Part shown: one piece after another, positions 25,693 through 37,962 of the stretch
How positions within the stretch are numbered: position 1 is the stretch's first letter
Layout of the letters: each line of letters begins with the position of its first letter
Assembly: GCA_038496445.1 (NCBI GenBank)
Contig: JALMLS010000079.1
Span: forward strand, 1 to 64,000
Length of the DNA stretch: 64,000 bases
Source: Trichosphaerium sp. ATCC 40318
Lineage: Eukaryota > Protista > Tubulinea
Direction of reading: 5' to 3'
The notes under the pieces: generated by a model
The model's input: the letters and a program-made list of their open reading frames with translations, nothing else
What the model was told of the DNA's origin: nothing
Database searches by the model: none
Program-made: the position numbers and the translations under genes

Positions 25693-27343
25693 TTATTCTT
25701 CTTCGTCTTTTTTTACACTCTTCAAAGCTTCATTCCTCAATCGTTTCTCCAGCTCAGTGTCTATTTGGTCATCCTGATCCATCGGCTCTTTCTTTATTTC
25801 AGTGTCACGAACTTCTTTTTTGTCGTCTCTATCGCGATCCTTCCTATCATCTCTATCTCTACGATCATCTCTTCCGCGATCTCTCCTATCGTCTCTGTCC
25901 TTACGATCACGACTCACACTGCGCTTGTCTCTGTCATCTCTACTCTTACGCCTCTTGCGTCTATGGCTGTCTGAGGACCTGGATGAAGACGATGACGACG
26001 AAGGGGATCGACTACAATACAACGTCAGTCATGCAATGAACGTAAAATGTTGACACCTGAAAATTGTGTTCAGTGCGTACCTGCGTTTCCTACGTCTATC
26101 ATCTCTACCTCTACGATCACGTCTATCATCGCGTCTATCATCACGCCTGTCATCACGCCTGTCACGATAATCACGTCGGTCATCTCTCCTGTAGTCATCT
26201 CTTCTGCCGCGACCGCTACCACGTCTATCATCGCGTCTATCACGTCTATCGTCATTTCTATAGTGGTCTCTTCGGTCATCTCGGCGATCATCCCGGCGAT
26301 CTCTTCTGTCATTGTATCTATCGTTGCGTGGGCGTTTTGCGCCTCTTCCGCCTCTATCACCCTACAAAGTACCTTAGCAAGGGGGATAACTGAAAGAGAA
26401 GGTAATCTGAAAAAATGTCAAAAGGAAGGCGGCTACAAACAAGTTGAATTTTTTTTAAATAGTTGGCGTGGCTACTGTCAAATTCAAGCAAATCCTAATT
26501 TAAATATTGCAACAATGTCAGAATCTTACGCGACAAGGACCCCATAGGTTTTTTAGGATTCATCCTGGCAATAGATGTAAGTCTCGATTTCTTCACCTTG
26601 GAATCCAAAAAAAAAAAACCACCAAAAAGTGGTAAAAAGATGATTTGTGTCAAAAATTGTAGCCGTTTTTGAATGGTTTTTACATGATTTTTTTTGTGTC
26701 ATTTGTTGTACCCCCAAGTAGCCTTTGGCCTTTTCGATACCCGCTTTTATACGTCTGTCCTCTTTACGATGTTCTGCGATTTTCTTCTTTTCTTCGTCCA
26801 GGATCATTTTAGGGATACCTACATCAGATTTCTAGATACGTCAGAGATATTAATGGCGTATTACGCATACGGTAGCTTCAACTAGTAACGTCCACAATTC
26901 TTTCATAAATTTTTGCGCGTCTCGCTCCAAAAAGCCTGTGAGGTTTATCTGCATTCTCTTGGGATCCAATTTCTACAACTAAAATTACAAAATTTTAGGG
27001 TAGAGCAAAGATAAAGTGCCAAGCAACAAAATTACATCAATTTGAAACGGCTGAGCATAAGCTAGCTACTGCTAACGCGTTATATCTTTCAACGCAAACG
27101 TGCCTTCTCCTCTAATAGACCGAAAATATAATTAATGAGTACGTCGTCCTCTATGCCTTCCAATATTTCAGTAACGCGTTTTACTATCCAAGGCTTCAAA
27201 GGTTCGAGCTCTACTTTCTTCATGTCTACTTTCTCAAGGTAAATAGCAGGAAACTTCATTTTGCCGAGTTGTTTCTTTTCTTTGTCAGAGAAGCGCATGT
27301 CTTGCTCCAAACTGGTTCCCCGGAAGAACCCACCAGTCTTCAT
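25693..27343 (-). CDS. SRRM1: SRm160/SRRM1-like PWI-domain RS/RD splicing factor
   Basis: GGFFRGTSLEQDMRFSDKEKK, LKPWIVKRVTEIL, DPKRMQINLTGFL, and RD/RS repeats at 25780-26360. First intron is GC-AG. Confidence 0.92.
26530..26596 (-). other. Candidate 67-nt frameshifting (poison) cassette exon in SRRM1
   Basis: T-tract-CCAAG acceptor and GTAAGA donor inside the 350-nt intron 26362-26711. Inclusion gives CGG TGA. Confidence 0.55.
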
Positions 27344-27450
27344 GTTGCTTTACTCCTGTTTAGTACAATCACACTGCTTTTTGACCAGACAATTACTTTT
27401 TTCTAATTTTTTGAGTTTTCACAACGAGTGTAGTATTAACACCTTATAAC

Positions 27451-28547
27451 ATGGCTGCAAATACTTGTACTCCTCCGCTCACGTACAAAGGATGGCAATT
27501 TAGCGCTGCCAAAGGCCCAATGATATCATCGTCGCAAATTGATCAGTACGCTGCCCCACTGATACTCTAGTAACGTCACATAGAGTTTGTAAGGATTCTG
27601 GCGTGCGTGTATTGCCGGAAATGGTATTTGTTGGCAACCACATCCAATTGAAACACGAGGTGCGCATTTAGAGTTACAGTTACAGTACCAACTTATTTTA
27701 TAGAGTGGCTTTGCTTTATCGTTCAACACCGTCCCTGCGCTCAAAGGATGCCATGGAAAGCACTCAGACATAAAATTAGCGTATTCTAAGCAATGGATGA
27801 AAAGGCATTACAGGAGGCTGCTTCAGCAAACGCCCTAACGATGTATAGTAACAACAATGCCATAAAAGACGCCATTGCTAAGGACCACGAAACACTTCAA
27901 GAGCCAGATTACGACTGGACATACTCAACAGAGTACAAGGGTGACATGACGTTCCCTGAGGGCATTGACGCTGATTCAATGGTTAACAAAACACAAGAAG
28001 GCATTGACACATCTCTATTGACTCGCCCAGATCCTATCAAGTTCTTTGAGGACGTTAATCTCTTTGAAGACGAACTTGGCGACAATGGAGACGCGGATTT
28101 AAGCGTTAAGATTGTACGTCAATGCAAAAAAAGAGATCCAAGATTTAGCACTTTCTTTATTACCATCCTTCTCATGTGTTTGCTTAGCGTGTCATGCCAG
28201 GATGCTTTTTGGTGTTGATGCGGTTTTTCTTGAGAGTTGATGATGTTCTGTTTCGCACGTATGATACACGCTATTATCACGTGTTTGGGCAACCTCATTT
28301 GATAAGAACATTCACCCACAAAGAAGTACCTTTTTTTTACTTTTTTTTATGATGTTCAATCCTCATTTCTTTTTCACAAGGCACCTTACACGAATGTCAA
28401 ACTGCGATGTCGCACACTAACAGGTACACACAAGAAAGCGTAGAGGCTTATACACTTACCACTGGATGTTTAGACGTTCAACAAGTTTGCCAAGTACTCC
28501 AGACAAAACGTTTTGAGAGCGAGAAGATAATGTTACCAAAAGCATAA
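27451..28547 (+). CDS. TIPRL: TIP41-like PP2A regulator
   Basis: LPEMVF, YDWTYSTEYKG, DPIKFFEDVNLFEDELGDNG, RVMP and RFFLRVDDVLFR. Confidence 0.92.
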
Positions 28548-28851
28548 ACTTATATATATTCTCAACCAAACCCTGTAAACGCAGAACAAGGCATAAAAAG
28601 AATGTTATTTTTGTGCAATAGAAGAATACTACAGCAAATTGCTTTTAGTAAAGTAATAAACAGTATTCGCACCAACCATGTAGCGAGCTATTTGAGCTAG
28701 TTTGAAGCAATATTCACACGTGTAAATTGATTGCTTTTTTTGAAATTAAGTCACTTTGCGCTTAAAAAAAATCTTTCGCCCACGTAAGCATTTCAAATAG
28801 CGAGTAAATAATACCGTGTAGCTCCTGCTACATTTGTTTTCAATTTACAAA

Positions 28852-31744
28852 ATGGAAACGGCACGAAATTGTATTTTACTGCTAGTATTGGCCCTAGCGC
28901 TATCAGGTAAATTATAGAAGCGTTTGTCAGCGTTTTAGCTTTGTGGCACTTACTGACGTCAATCCAGCGATAAACGCAGAAATATCCCCTGCTGACGCTG
29001 CCACTGATACCCATATCCCTCATGACGCGTCACCTGACTCTCTAGAGCCGGAATTAAATATAATAGATGAAGAAATTGGCAAAAACGCACTATCACAGGT
29101 ATGTATAGTGTTCAGCAATTAACCTAACGAATATTTTGCCACCAGCCCTTCACAGTTTTTGACTGTCACTATTTTTCTCCAATAACATCATACACACAAC
29201 GGAGCATGTATGCTTCTCATCCTGACTGCCAGATGCCATATCCAACAAAACTGGCTACAGATGATAATGAGGGTGACACCCAGCAAGTCCCACCAAAAGA
29301 AGAAAATGGAGGTGATCAAAGTGAACCACTTGATAATGAAGAACCGCTAAATGATGATGCACAACCTCACACGGAAGATGGTGACAGTGGTAATGAGGTA
29401 GGTGATCAAAATGAGTCAGTCCACAATGAAGAACCAGTAAACGATGATGCGCAACCTGATGTGGAAGATGCAACTCCAGATTCCACAGACAATGCCAACG
29501 ACGATGCACAGACTCAAAACAATGACGCCCCTGACGCCGTCCCAGAAGCACCTGTTGATGATTCTGAGCCTGCTGACAACGACCTGCCAGATGCTAACAG
29601 TGACTCAGAGGATAGCTCAGATGATTCTAATGACGCAAGTGAGCCAGCACACGACTCTGATTCAGGTAGCCTTTGTTCTTTATTATGGAACGCCGTTCGC
29701 TTATACTGTTTGGCTTAGATGATACAGATCAGCTGGAAAAGCGTTTGAATGAATTAGAAGAAGCCTTACAAGCGAGCACGTTGAATAAAAAGGATTTAGA
29801 GGATATCTTGCAAGACGCACATGCGCAGCTTGCTGATCTGCAACGCGAACATTTGCAAAAAGATAGTGCTATAAGGTACACATTTTACAACCTTTATTGC
29901 AGCTCATATATTGTAAAGGGATTTGAAGTCTGCAATGAAGAAAATGGAGACAGATCTCAACGAGACACGTGATAAACAAGGTAAGAAAATATAAATGACA
30001 CAGTTGAAGATCGCTGTTCTGATTTATGTTACTAATATTTCGAACAAAAGGTACAACTGAACAACAGCTAGATGAAGCCGCTAGGCAATTAGAAGCTTCT
30101 CGTAAGTTGATCGAACAAATGAATGAGCCAGTCACCATTGACACGATGCTCACTTACGGCCCAGTTGTACGTGATACAGAAAGCGTCCAATGACAAAAAA
30201 AAAATACATTGCTTAGTGTTTATAACTCATTGGTTGTAGGAGTGGCATGAAGCCATGCTACGTTTACAAAATCAAGGCGTTCATTGGTTCCTCCTTGGGG
30301 AGGCATGCCTGTGCTTCGCAGCATGGATGGTATGGCAACTGCTGTACTGCATGTGCTGTGCTGCACCTGAGATACATGACTTGACAGACTTGGACAATGC
30401 CATGTCTTCGTATTCACAATCATCAAGCAAAAAGCTACAGCTCATGCGCCGTGCTGAATTCCTAAGACAGAAAGAAAAGGAAGAGCACCAAAAATCATTG
30501 GCTAACCTTAAGATTTACAAAAAGCTCGCCAAGACTGTTACAGCGTACGCTATTCTTTTATTTTAAAGAAGAAGACTACTCTAGAGTTCTCAGTACTTAA
30601 AAGACGTTTAGAATGGAAGAGGAGATTGTAAACCGTACATGTGCTGAAATGCAAAAGGCAGAACCCTCACAACTGGAACCAGCGCCAAACACGGCATCGA
30701 GCCCTGCACAAAATGGAGTATCCCCGCCTATACCTACCACTGCCGTACCTACAACGCCAGTCAAGACATTCACTCCTCAAGGCAGCGCCAACGTGTCTCC
30801 GTACCCTTCTATTGCATCGAGCCCTGCAACACCTGGAACACCAAGCAATGTGCCTACACTCACATCACCACAACAACAGGCTATCGTTGAAGCCATACAG
30901 CAAATCATATCTCCAGAGCGGATAGAGTACAGTACAAAGACAGGCCTATGTCGTCAAGTTACTGCTGTAACACTTGCCATCCGACAACGGATGAAACAAA
31001 ACCACCCAGAGCTCGTCGATTTTGCACACATCGTGTCTCAGAACATTGATATCCAGTATTCTCGCGTTGAGGCACTTCGTCACGACCCATCTAGTAGCTG
31101 GAGGCTCATGTGGGTATCTCAAAACACTAGAATGGTAGACAGGCTATTATCTAGGCTGTACAAGAACAGTAATGTATCTATCCTCGTTCAAACCACTGGT
31201 ATCACCGAATGCCCAGTTCTCCCTCCAGGTACCAGTCTTGTTTGCTTCTAGTCAACTAATATTCACTTTTACAGGGACATCACCAGCTACGGTAGAGGCT
31301 ATCAAGATTTTACATGAACGAAGCCAGGACTTGTTGGAGAGAACAAAATCGTCCCTCGCTTCTTGGGTTGAACGTGATCTTACTAACTTTGTTGAAGGCG
31401 ATCCCCACGCATTGCGATCTCTTACGACATTACTGAGGGGAATAAAGGTGTCCGCTGATAAACATCTGCTCTATGCATCTGTTCAAGGGCAATTGTTCCC
31501 ACATCTCTTCAAAGCAGTCTCTCAAGGCTTAGCAAGTGCTTCTGGGGCTCTTGAATCTCATAATACACGCGCAGCCAGGCAATTCGTGAACGCGTTTATG
31601 GAATGGATAGAGCTTCACAAAGACACTATGGGATTAATGTTTGAACCTTCTTCTTACTTCAGACCTGCCATAACAGCTTTAACAAATGCGCCTAGTTCTG
31701 TTACGCCAACTAATTTTGAAACAGACTATGGTGGGGCAGTTTAA
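28852..31744 (+). CDS. Unknown membrane protein: signal peptide, acidic low-complexity region, coiled coil, TM helix, Pro/Thr linker, helical C-terminal domain
   Basis: METARNCILLLVLALAL start, D/E/N-rich exon, coiled-coil exons, hydrophobic segment WFLLGEACLCFAAWMVWQLLYCMCC, long terminal ORFs. Confidence 0.65.
29311..29470 (+). repeat. 90-nt-period tandem duplication in the acidic exon
   Basis: GDQSEPLDNEEPLNDDAQPHTED / GDQNESVHNEEPVNDDAQPDVED. Confidence 0.8.
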
Positions 31745-32098
31745 AACTCCTTTTTTTTTGAACAAGCCCACAAAAGGGCTTCATGTACAGAAACAAAAAA
31801 ATAAAATTTGTGTAATTTCATGCGTGTTTTTCTCGTTTTTGTACTCGTTTTATACACGTGCGCTACAGCACTTTAGAGCCTTGTAACTCATTACTATGTT
31901 GTTCAAACTCCTATTTAGCTCGACTGCTTTTTGTAGAATTTGAAGAACTCCAAGAGTCAAAAAAAATAGCGTTGCTGCCCCCTGGGGAAAAGCCCAGCGG
32001 TAGTAAGGCAATAATGTAATTTAGGAACGTGCGGGTGGTTTTTGACATGTAAAGTCAACATGTTTAGTTAGTTAACGTCCCACACGCATTCAGGCACC

Positions 32099-33157
32099 AT
32101 GGTATTGTAGTATTTTTGCGTCATTGTATTTACAAGCCTTAGGGTAATGCCAACAGCGTCAAAGGCCTCAAAATGTTGGAAACAGTACGCGATCAATTGT
32201 TTTGTGCTAAAAAGTACCCAGTAAAATTTCTAGCGCATAACACGCTCGTAGATATATCCAACAGCTGATAAAAAGACAATTTTTGCCGACCCTAAGATGA
32301 AGAAGAAGCTTGACAAGGAGCTCGCAAAGGACCAAAAGCAAGGCAAACCGCCACCAGTAGACCCTAATGCAGGCGACGAGCAACCAGTTGGCACGTTTAA
32401 ACTACAACATTCCGTCAATTGCCAAATTAACGAAATAACCAGACGGTAACCAAGACGCGCTCATTGATAAATGTGTTCGCGCTATTTGGGAAACGTACGA
32501 CCCAAAAAATCACGGCTTTCTTGATAAGAAGATTGGTACAAAGTTTTTCATCGTACGTCCGTTCATTATCAAATAGTGTCAACCGAATTTTTATTACAAA
32601 TATTTTGATTTGTTTTTTTTTGTTTTTTTTGATTTTTTGACCCCATACAGGACGCCTTCGAAATCTACGCATACCGTAAAGGTCAGAAACCAAAAGAAGC
32701 TCTTCCTCCTGGCAATAACATGAAGAAAGCAGCAGAAACTTGCTTTACAAAGGTAAACTATGATTACGACATTGTGCACTATTGAGAAAGCGATTTTTCT
32801 GTTTTCAGAGGTTATTGTTAATTGTTGGTTTTGTAGATGAATAAATCTGGAAACCAAAAAATTACTTTTCAAGAGTTTGAGGAATACATCAATGTCTATG
32901 AACTTGATGAAGCTCTAGAACCATTTACAAATCAATCAGGTACGTATACGCCCATGTTTGAATGTTTAAGGACTTGATCATGCCTGTTCAAGTCGCGATG
33001 TTGTTTAAGAAGCTTTTTTTCTTTTTTTCTTTTTTTTTTGACTTTTTTTGGTTTAGGTGTCAACATTGATGTCGAGAGAGTTGATTTTGTAAATGTCGAG
33101 CAGTTTAGAGGCCAAAAGAAGGATGGTCCAAAATTGGTGTACAGAAACTACGGTTAA
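32099..33157 (+). CDS. Putative N-myristoylated EF-hand protein
   Basis: ATG|intron|GNANS start; IWETYDPKNHGFL and MNKSGNQKITFQEFEEYI EF-hand-like motifs; GC-AG intron 32391-32442. The 3' end is uncertain. Confidence 0.75.
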
Positions 33158-33440
33158 AATATTTTTCCTCAGCCGTTGTGCTGTATTGCTCCCCACTTTT
33201 GTTTGAACCATTGATAACAGCAACAACAAGCAATTATTGTAGCTCCAATTTGTAGCGCTTAGATCTCTTGTATCATTAAACTGTCGAAGAACACACCCTT
33301 TTTCGCAAAATGTAGTTTGTTTTGTTCATTCTCAAAAGGTCGCACGTGAAACCAAGAGTTTAATCGAGTAAATTACCGTTATTGACCAATTACAAAAAAA
33401 TTACGCCAAAAAGTACAAATTCAGTGACCTCGCTAGTAGC

Positions 33441-35000
33441 ATGTCAATGACGCTGAGTACATCATTTTTTAAGGGAGGGAGTAGCCCTAAGCGCTACAAT
33501 AAGGTTACATCCTACAACTTTAAAACATGCGAAGAAGACGTTGTATGCCATAAAGACAAGTATGTCTTGTATATTTACGAGATACTAACAGTCATAAGCG
33601 ACTTGGGTGGTCAATGGCGTAAAATACTGTTAAAATGGGATCATCTAATGACCAATGATCCAAATAAAGTACGTTGACGCGAGAAACGAATTGTCCGAAC
33701 AATTTTTTTACAAAAACTGACTATCTGTACTTAGGCAAGTCGGTTGGTGCGGAAAGGTATACCAGAAAATATGAGAGGCGAAGCGTGGTACGTTAGATCG
33801 TTTGTGTTACACACAGTCAGTTTTTTGGCGTTTAACGTTTTTTTTTTTTGCAGGAAAGCATTTACAGGCGTTAGAGACCTTGTCAGAAAGAATCCAGGCG
33901 TATATAATGTACGTTAAATTATTTCGTAAATGTGACACCGATCGGTGAGTTGTACAACCTCACACCCTGATAGCTTCTCGTTGAAAAAGCAAAAGACAAA
34001 ACTGTGAGTGATTGTATACGAAAAGACATAAATCGCACGTTTCCGACAAACAAAAAATTCAAATTAAAGGATGGTCAAGGGTAAGTACTACCACCGCTAT
34101 TCTCTATTACACTATAACATTTGTTGATTTTTTTTTGTAAAAATTCGCAAGATTACCTCGGTCACGTGTTTACGCTCACCATGGTGCTAGGCAAGTGTCT
34201 TTGTTTAATGTGTTGAAAGCATACGCAACTATGGACCCCGTATTGGGTTACTGTCAAGGCATGAGTTTTATATGTGCTATACTCGTGTTCTACATGGAGG
34301 ACGACGTGCGTGCGATTACACCACTCTTTGTTATTATTATCTCAAACTGGTACTTTAGGATGCATTTTGGGCATTGGTGAAATTGATAAAGGCACCGGAA
34401 TACAACTTGAGCGGGTGAGATTTGAGCTCTTGGAATTAAATTTCTGTCATGTGGCTTGAAACTAAATAGTTACACATATTTTTAGGTTATTTTCTCCAGG
34501 ACTCCCCTTCTCAGGTTATTTTTGTATATACTATCACGTCTTATTGAAATATTCCTACCGGATCTATTTATGCACTTTGTACGTGTTTTCGAAACGACAC
34601 ATAGTATTTATTACCATCCTTTGTACTTACACATTTCGCTCCATAGAACGACACCAATGTAAAACCATTACTATACGCTTCTGAGTGGTTTTCAACGCTT
34701 TTCGCTTACAACTTCCCGTTTGATCTGTCTGTTCGTATATTTGATTTATTTCTCCTTGAAGGCACAGATTTCTTGTTTCAGCTGTGTTTGGCGATTCTAG
34801 ACAAGTTTGAGGAGGATCTTTATGATATGAATTTTGAAGAAATTATACTGTTCATGAAGGATGTCGGTAATAAGCTTGATGTTAGCATATTAGAAAAAGC
34901 ATACGAATTCAAGAATATACGGAGGGAGATAAAAGACATTAAAAACGAAGTAGGCGATCCTGATACTCGCGAAGAGATATACGGACGGTACAGTATTTGA
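33441..35000 (+). CDS. TBC-domain Rab GTPase-activating protein
   Basis: LVRKGIP..MRGEAW, IRKDINRTFP, LFNVLKAYA, GYCQGMSFI, YASEWFSTLF and RIFDLFLLEG. Confidence 0.93.
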
Positions 35001-35921
35001 TGACAAATCCTTTCTAAACCCACGTGAAACCCACGTGAAATCAGTAAAAAAAAGGTACCATTTGCATCACTTACGTTAACACTTAATAACTTGGCAACAC
35101 CCAGATTTACAAGCTTGCACAGTTTGACACCACAAATGTAAAATAAATAAGCACCACTTAAAACGGTTACACTCCATGATCCGTTGACGCCCATATTAGA
35201 TTAGTTCAAGACCCAATGTAGCAAAGAGTAAGACAAATGAAATCAAAAAAAATTCCTTCTTTGTACTAGAATGGACTCTTTGTGAAAATTCACGGACTTT
35301 GCGTTATACGAAACACAGTTACTTTGCCATACGAATTCTTGATCATCTTGCTTATTATAATGTACTACTAATAAATAGCCAACGTAGTATAACTCATAAT
35401 GTCGTTCCATCATCACCACTATCTCACTCAGTTTGTAAAAAAACCAAGCTTTTCTCTTTCTTTTTTGTTGCTCACCTTTCTTTTGACATTCAAATAGGAA
35501 CATAGATACTGTTCTCTTATGCTTTAACTTATACACAGCGTCAGTTCCAATAGTGTAAGTTTGTATACAGCTCTCCTTTGGGCATAAACCATGCAGCTCT
35601 CTAATCAAAAGATCCAAGGATTTGTTCAAATTCTGACATTCCGGATGATACTTTCAGCCACCTCACGGTTCTGTGTTATATAGGTTCCACAGTATTAGTT
35701 ACATAACTAGCGTTTCCACGTGAATATGCCAAACGTTGGAATCTCTGATGCGTTTTCGTGAGTCTTCTATTGATACGTCACATTCCAAGTCCTGTGAGTG
35801 TGTGTGGCAGTATTAAAACTTTGTTTTGCGACAAGGTTGATTACAAGATATTTTGACACAAAGAAAAGTTATTACCGTTTTTTGTTTTCTCATCTCTGTT
35901 TTTTATTCTGACTTGGACACT

Positions 35922-37762
35922 ATGAGCAAACGAAAGAATACACCTGAAGAGGACGAAGAAGAGCAAGCCATTAAACAATGGCGCGTGCGCAAACTAATAA
36001 AAAAATTGGAACAAGCAAAGGGGTAATTTCATTGTGTAAAGCATTGTGGTGTTGACGCCAAGCGTAGGAATGGTACTTCGATGATTTCTCTTATTATCCC
36101 ACCAAAAGATCAAATTTCACGCTACAGCAAGATGCTTGCCGATGAATTCGGTACTGCGTCTAATATTAAGAGTAGAGTAAACAAATTGTCTGTGCTCAGC
36201 GCTATTACATCGACACAGCAAAAACTTAAGCTCTACCACCGCGTACCAGGTACAACCCTCTTTTCTCGCGAGTATTTCGCAATTTGTTTCAAATTAGCTC
36301 ATTTTTGTAGAAAATGGATTGGTAATATACTCTGGTACCATCGCTATGGATGATGGTAAAGAAAGAAAGGAAACAATCGATTTTGAACCACATAAACCTA
36401 TCAACACTTCGTTGTACCTTTGCGATAACAAATTTCATACCGAGGTACCAGAAATACGCCTATTCAGCTGATTAGAAAAGTCACAATTTTATTTGTACCG
36501 AGTAGTTCCATCCCTCACACTATTTTATAACAAAACGCACCTACTAACGGCTTGTTTCAGCCACTAAAAGAGCTTCTTGAAGCAGACGAAAAATATGGTT
36601 TCATTATCATGGATGGTCAGGGTACTCTATTCGGTACATTGTCTGGTAACACCAAAGCTGTACGTTGTTAAAAAATTCAACAAAAAAGAATTGTTTTTTC
36701 TTTTTTTTTTTTTTTCCTTTTTTTTCTTTACTGACAAGCGTGCGTCCCTAGGTCCTTCAAAAAATCAGCGTTGATTTGCCAAAGAAGCATGGTCGTGGTG
36801 GACAATCTGCTGTGCGTTTCGCCCGTCTTCGTGTAGAGAAAAGACGTAATTACGTCAGAAAAGTGTCCGAGTTGGCCGTTCAACACTTTATTTCCAACGA
36901 CAGAGTGAGTAAAATTTATTTTTTTTCTAACACCTTCTGATCTCTTTCTAAATAGCCAAACGTATCCGGACTAGTACTCGCTGGTCTCGCCGAATTCAAG
37001 AACGTATTGGCAACATCTGATCTTTTAGATGGTCGTCTTAAGGAGGTTATCTTGAAGATTGTTGATTGCAGTTATGGTGGAGAGAACGGTTTCAACCAGG
37101 TACACCTACTCGCGCTCAATTAGTAATTTCCAAGAGACTTATGGATTGGTTTGTAGGCTATTGAACAATCAGCTGATACTCTGAGTAACGTCAAGTTCAT
37201 TGCTGAACAAAAGTTGATTGGCAAGTTCTTTGAAGAGATTGCTAAAGATACAGGTAAAATTTGCTATGGTATCCGCGAAACCATGCTCGCCTTGGAAGCT
37301 GGAGCAAGTACTGTACGCCAGCAAAGCATATACACTTGTTTGCTCACGTTCGTTTAGACTGTCATCATCCACGACAACTTGGAGATGAACCGTTACCAAT
37401 TCAAAGACAGGGAAACTGGTGAGATGGTAGAAAAGTTCTATACCCCAAAACAAGAAGAAAAGGACAAGAACTTTAAAAACAAGGATGGCGTCAACTACGA
37501 CATTGAATCCGTAGAGCCAATTGTCGAGTACTTTGCTGATAACTACAAGCAATGGGGTACTACCTTGCAATTCGTTACCGATCGCTCCCAAGAGGGCGCA
37601 CAATTCGTCCGAGGATTCGGAGGTACGTACCTGTTTTCTATCGACGGGATTTCGGCCTAATATGGTTTTTTTTAAAAAGGTATCGGTGCTCTTCTTCGTT
37701 GGAGAATGAACTTTGACGATTACGAACAAGACGAAGAGGAGGTCTGGGAATGGGATCTTTGA
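35922..37762 (+). CDS. ETF1: Eukaryotic peptide chain release factor 1
   Basis: [39 protein letters not shown] and GFGGIGALLR. Ends [12 protein letters not shown]. Confidence 0.97.
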
Positions 37763-37886
37763 CAATATCTATTTGACGTACTCGCCCCAGCCTTAAGCCA
37801 TTATTTCAACTTGTCAATTGTACAAGAGCACCGAGCAAACCGCTCTCAAAAGGCTGGGGAACCTGGAATAGTGGCAGCCATAAATG

Positions 37887-37962
37887 GTACAAGAATGCAA
37901 AAAACACATTCTTTTTTGTAAATGAGGCAGTACATTTTCTAACTTGTGTTTTCGTCCTTTAG
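37887..37962 (+). other. Predicted 76-nt intron in the eRF1 3'UTR
   Basis: G|GTACAA donor (same hexamer as donors used in eRF1, SRRM1 and GPATCH3), CTAAC branch point at 37939-37943, pyrimidine tract, TTTAG acceptor. Confidence 0.65.

Noticed and set aside
25672-26547. Long overlapping + strand ORFs
   Set aside because: Antisense shadows of the SRRM1 RD/RS repeats; the same applies to 37169-37765(-), 22614-23165(+) and 12630-13109(-).
31772-31782. AAAAGGGCTTC resembling the U11 snRNA 5' end
   Set aside because: It lies in a short 3'UTR hairpin before a poly(A) signal, with no U11 stems or Sm-site architecture downstream.
35922-37762. Stop-codon reassignment suggested by fragmented ORFs and an eRF1 gene
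   Set aside because: Fragmentation is explained by introns. eRF1 has canonical GTS, TASNIKS and YxCxxxF motifs, and all three stops end conserved genes.
37760-37860. eRF1 UGA as selenocysteine with a SECIS
   Set aside because: The UGA follows the normal acidic C-terminal tail, and the stem lacks the AUGA/GA core of a SECIS.
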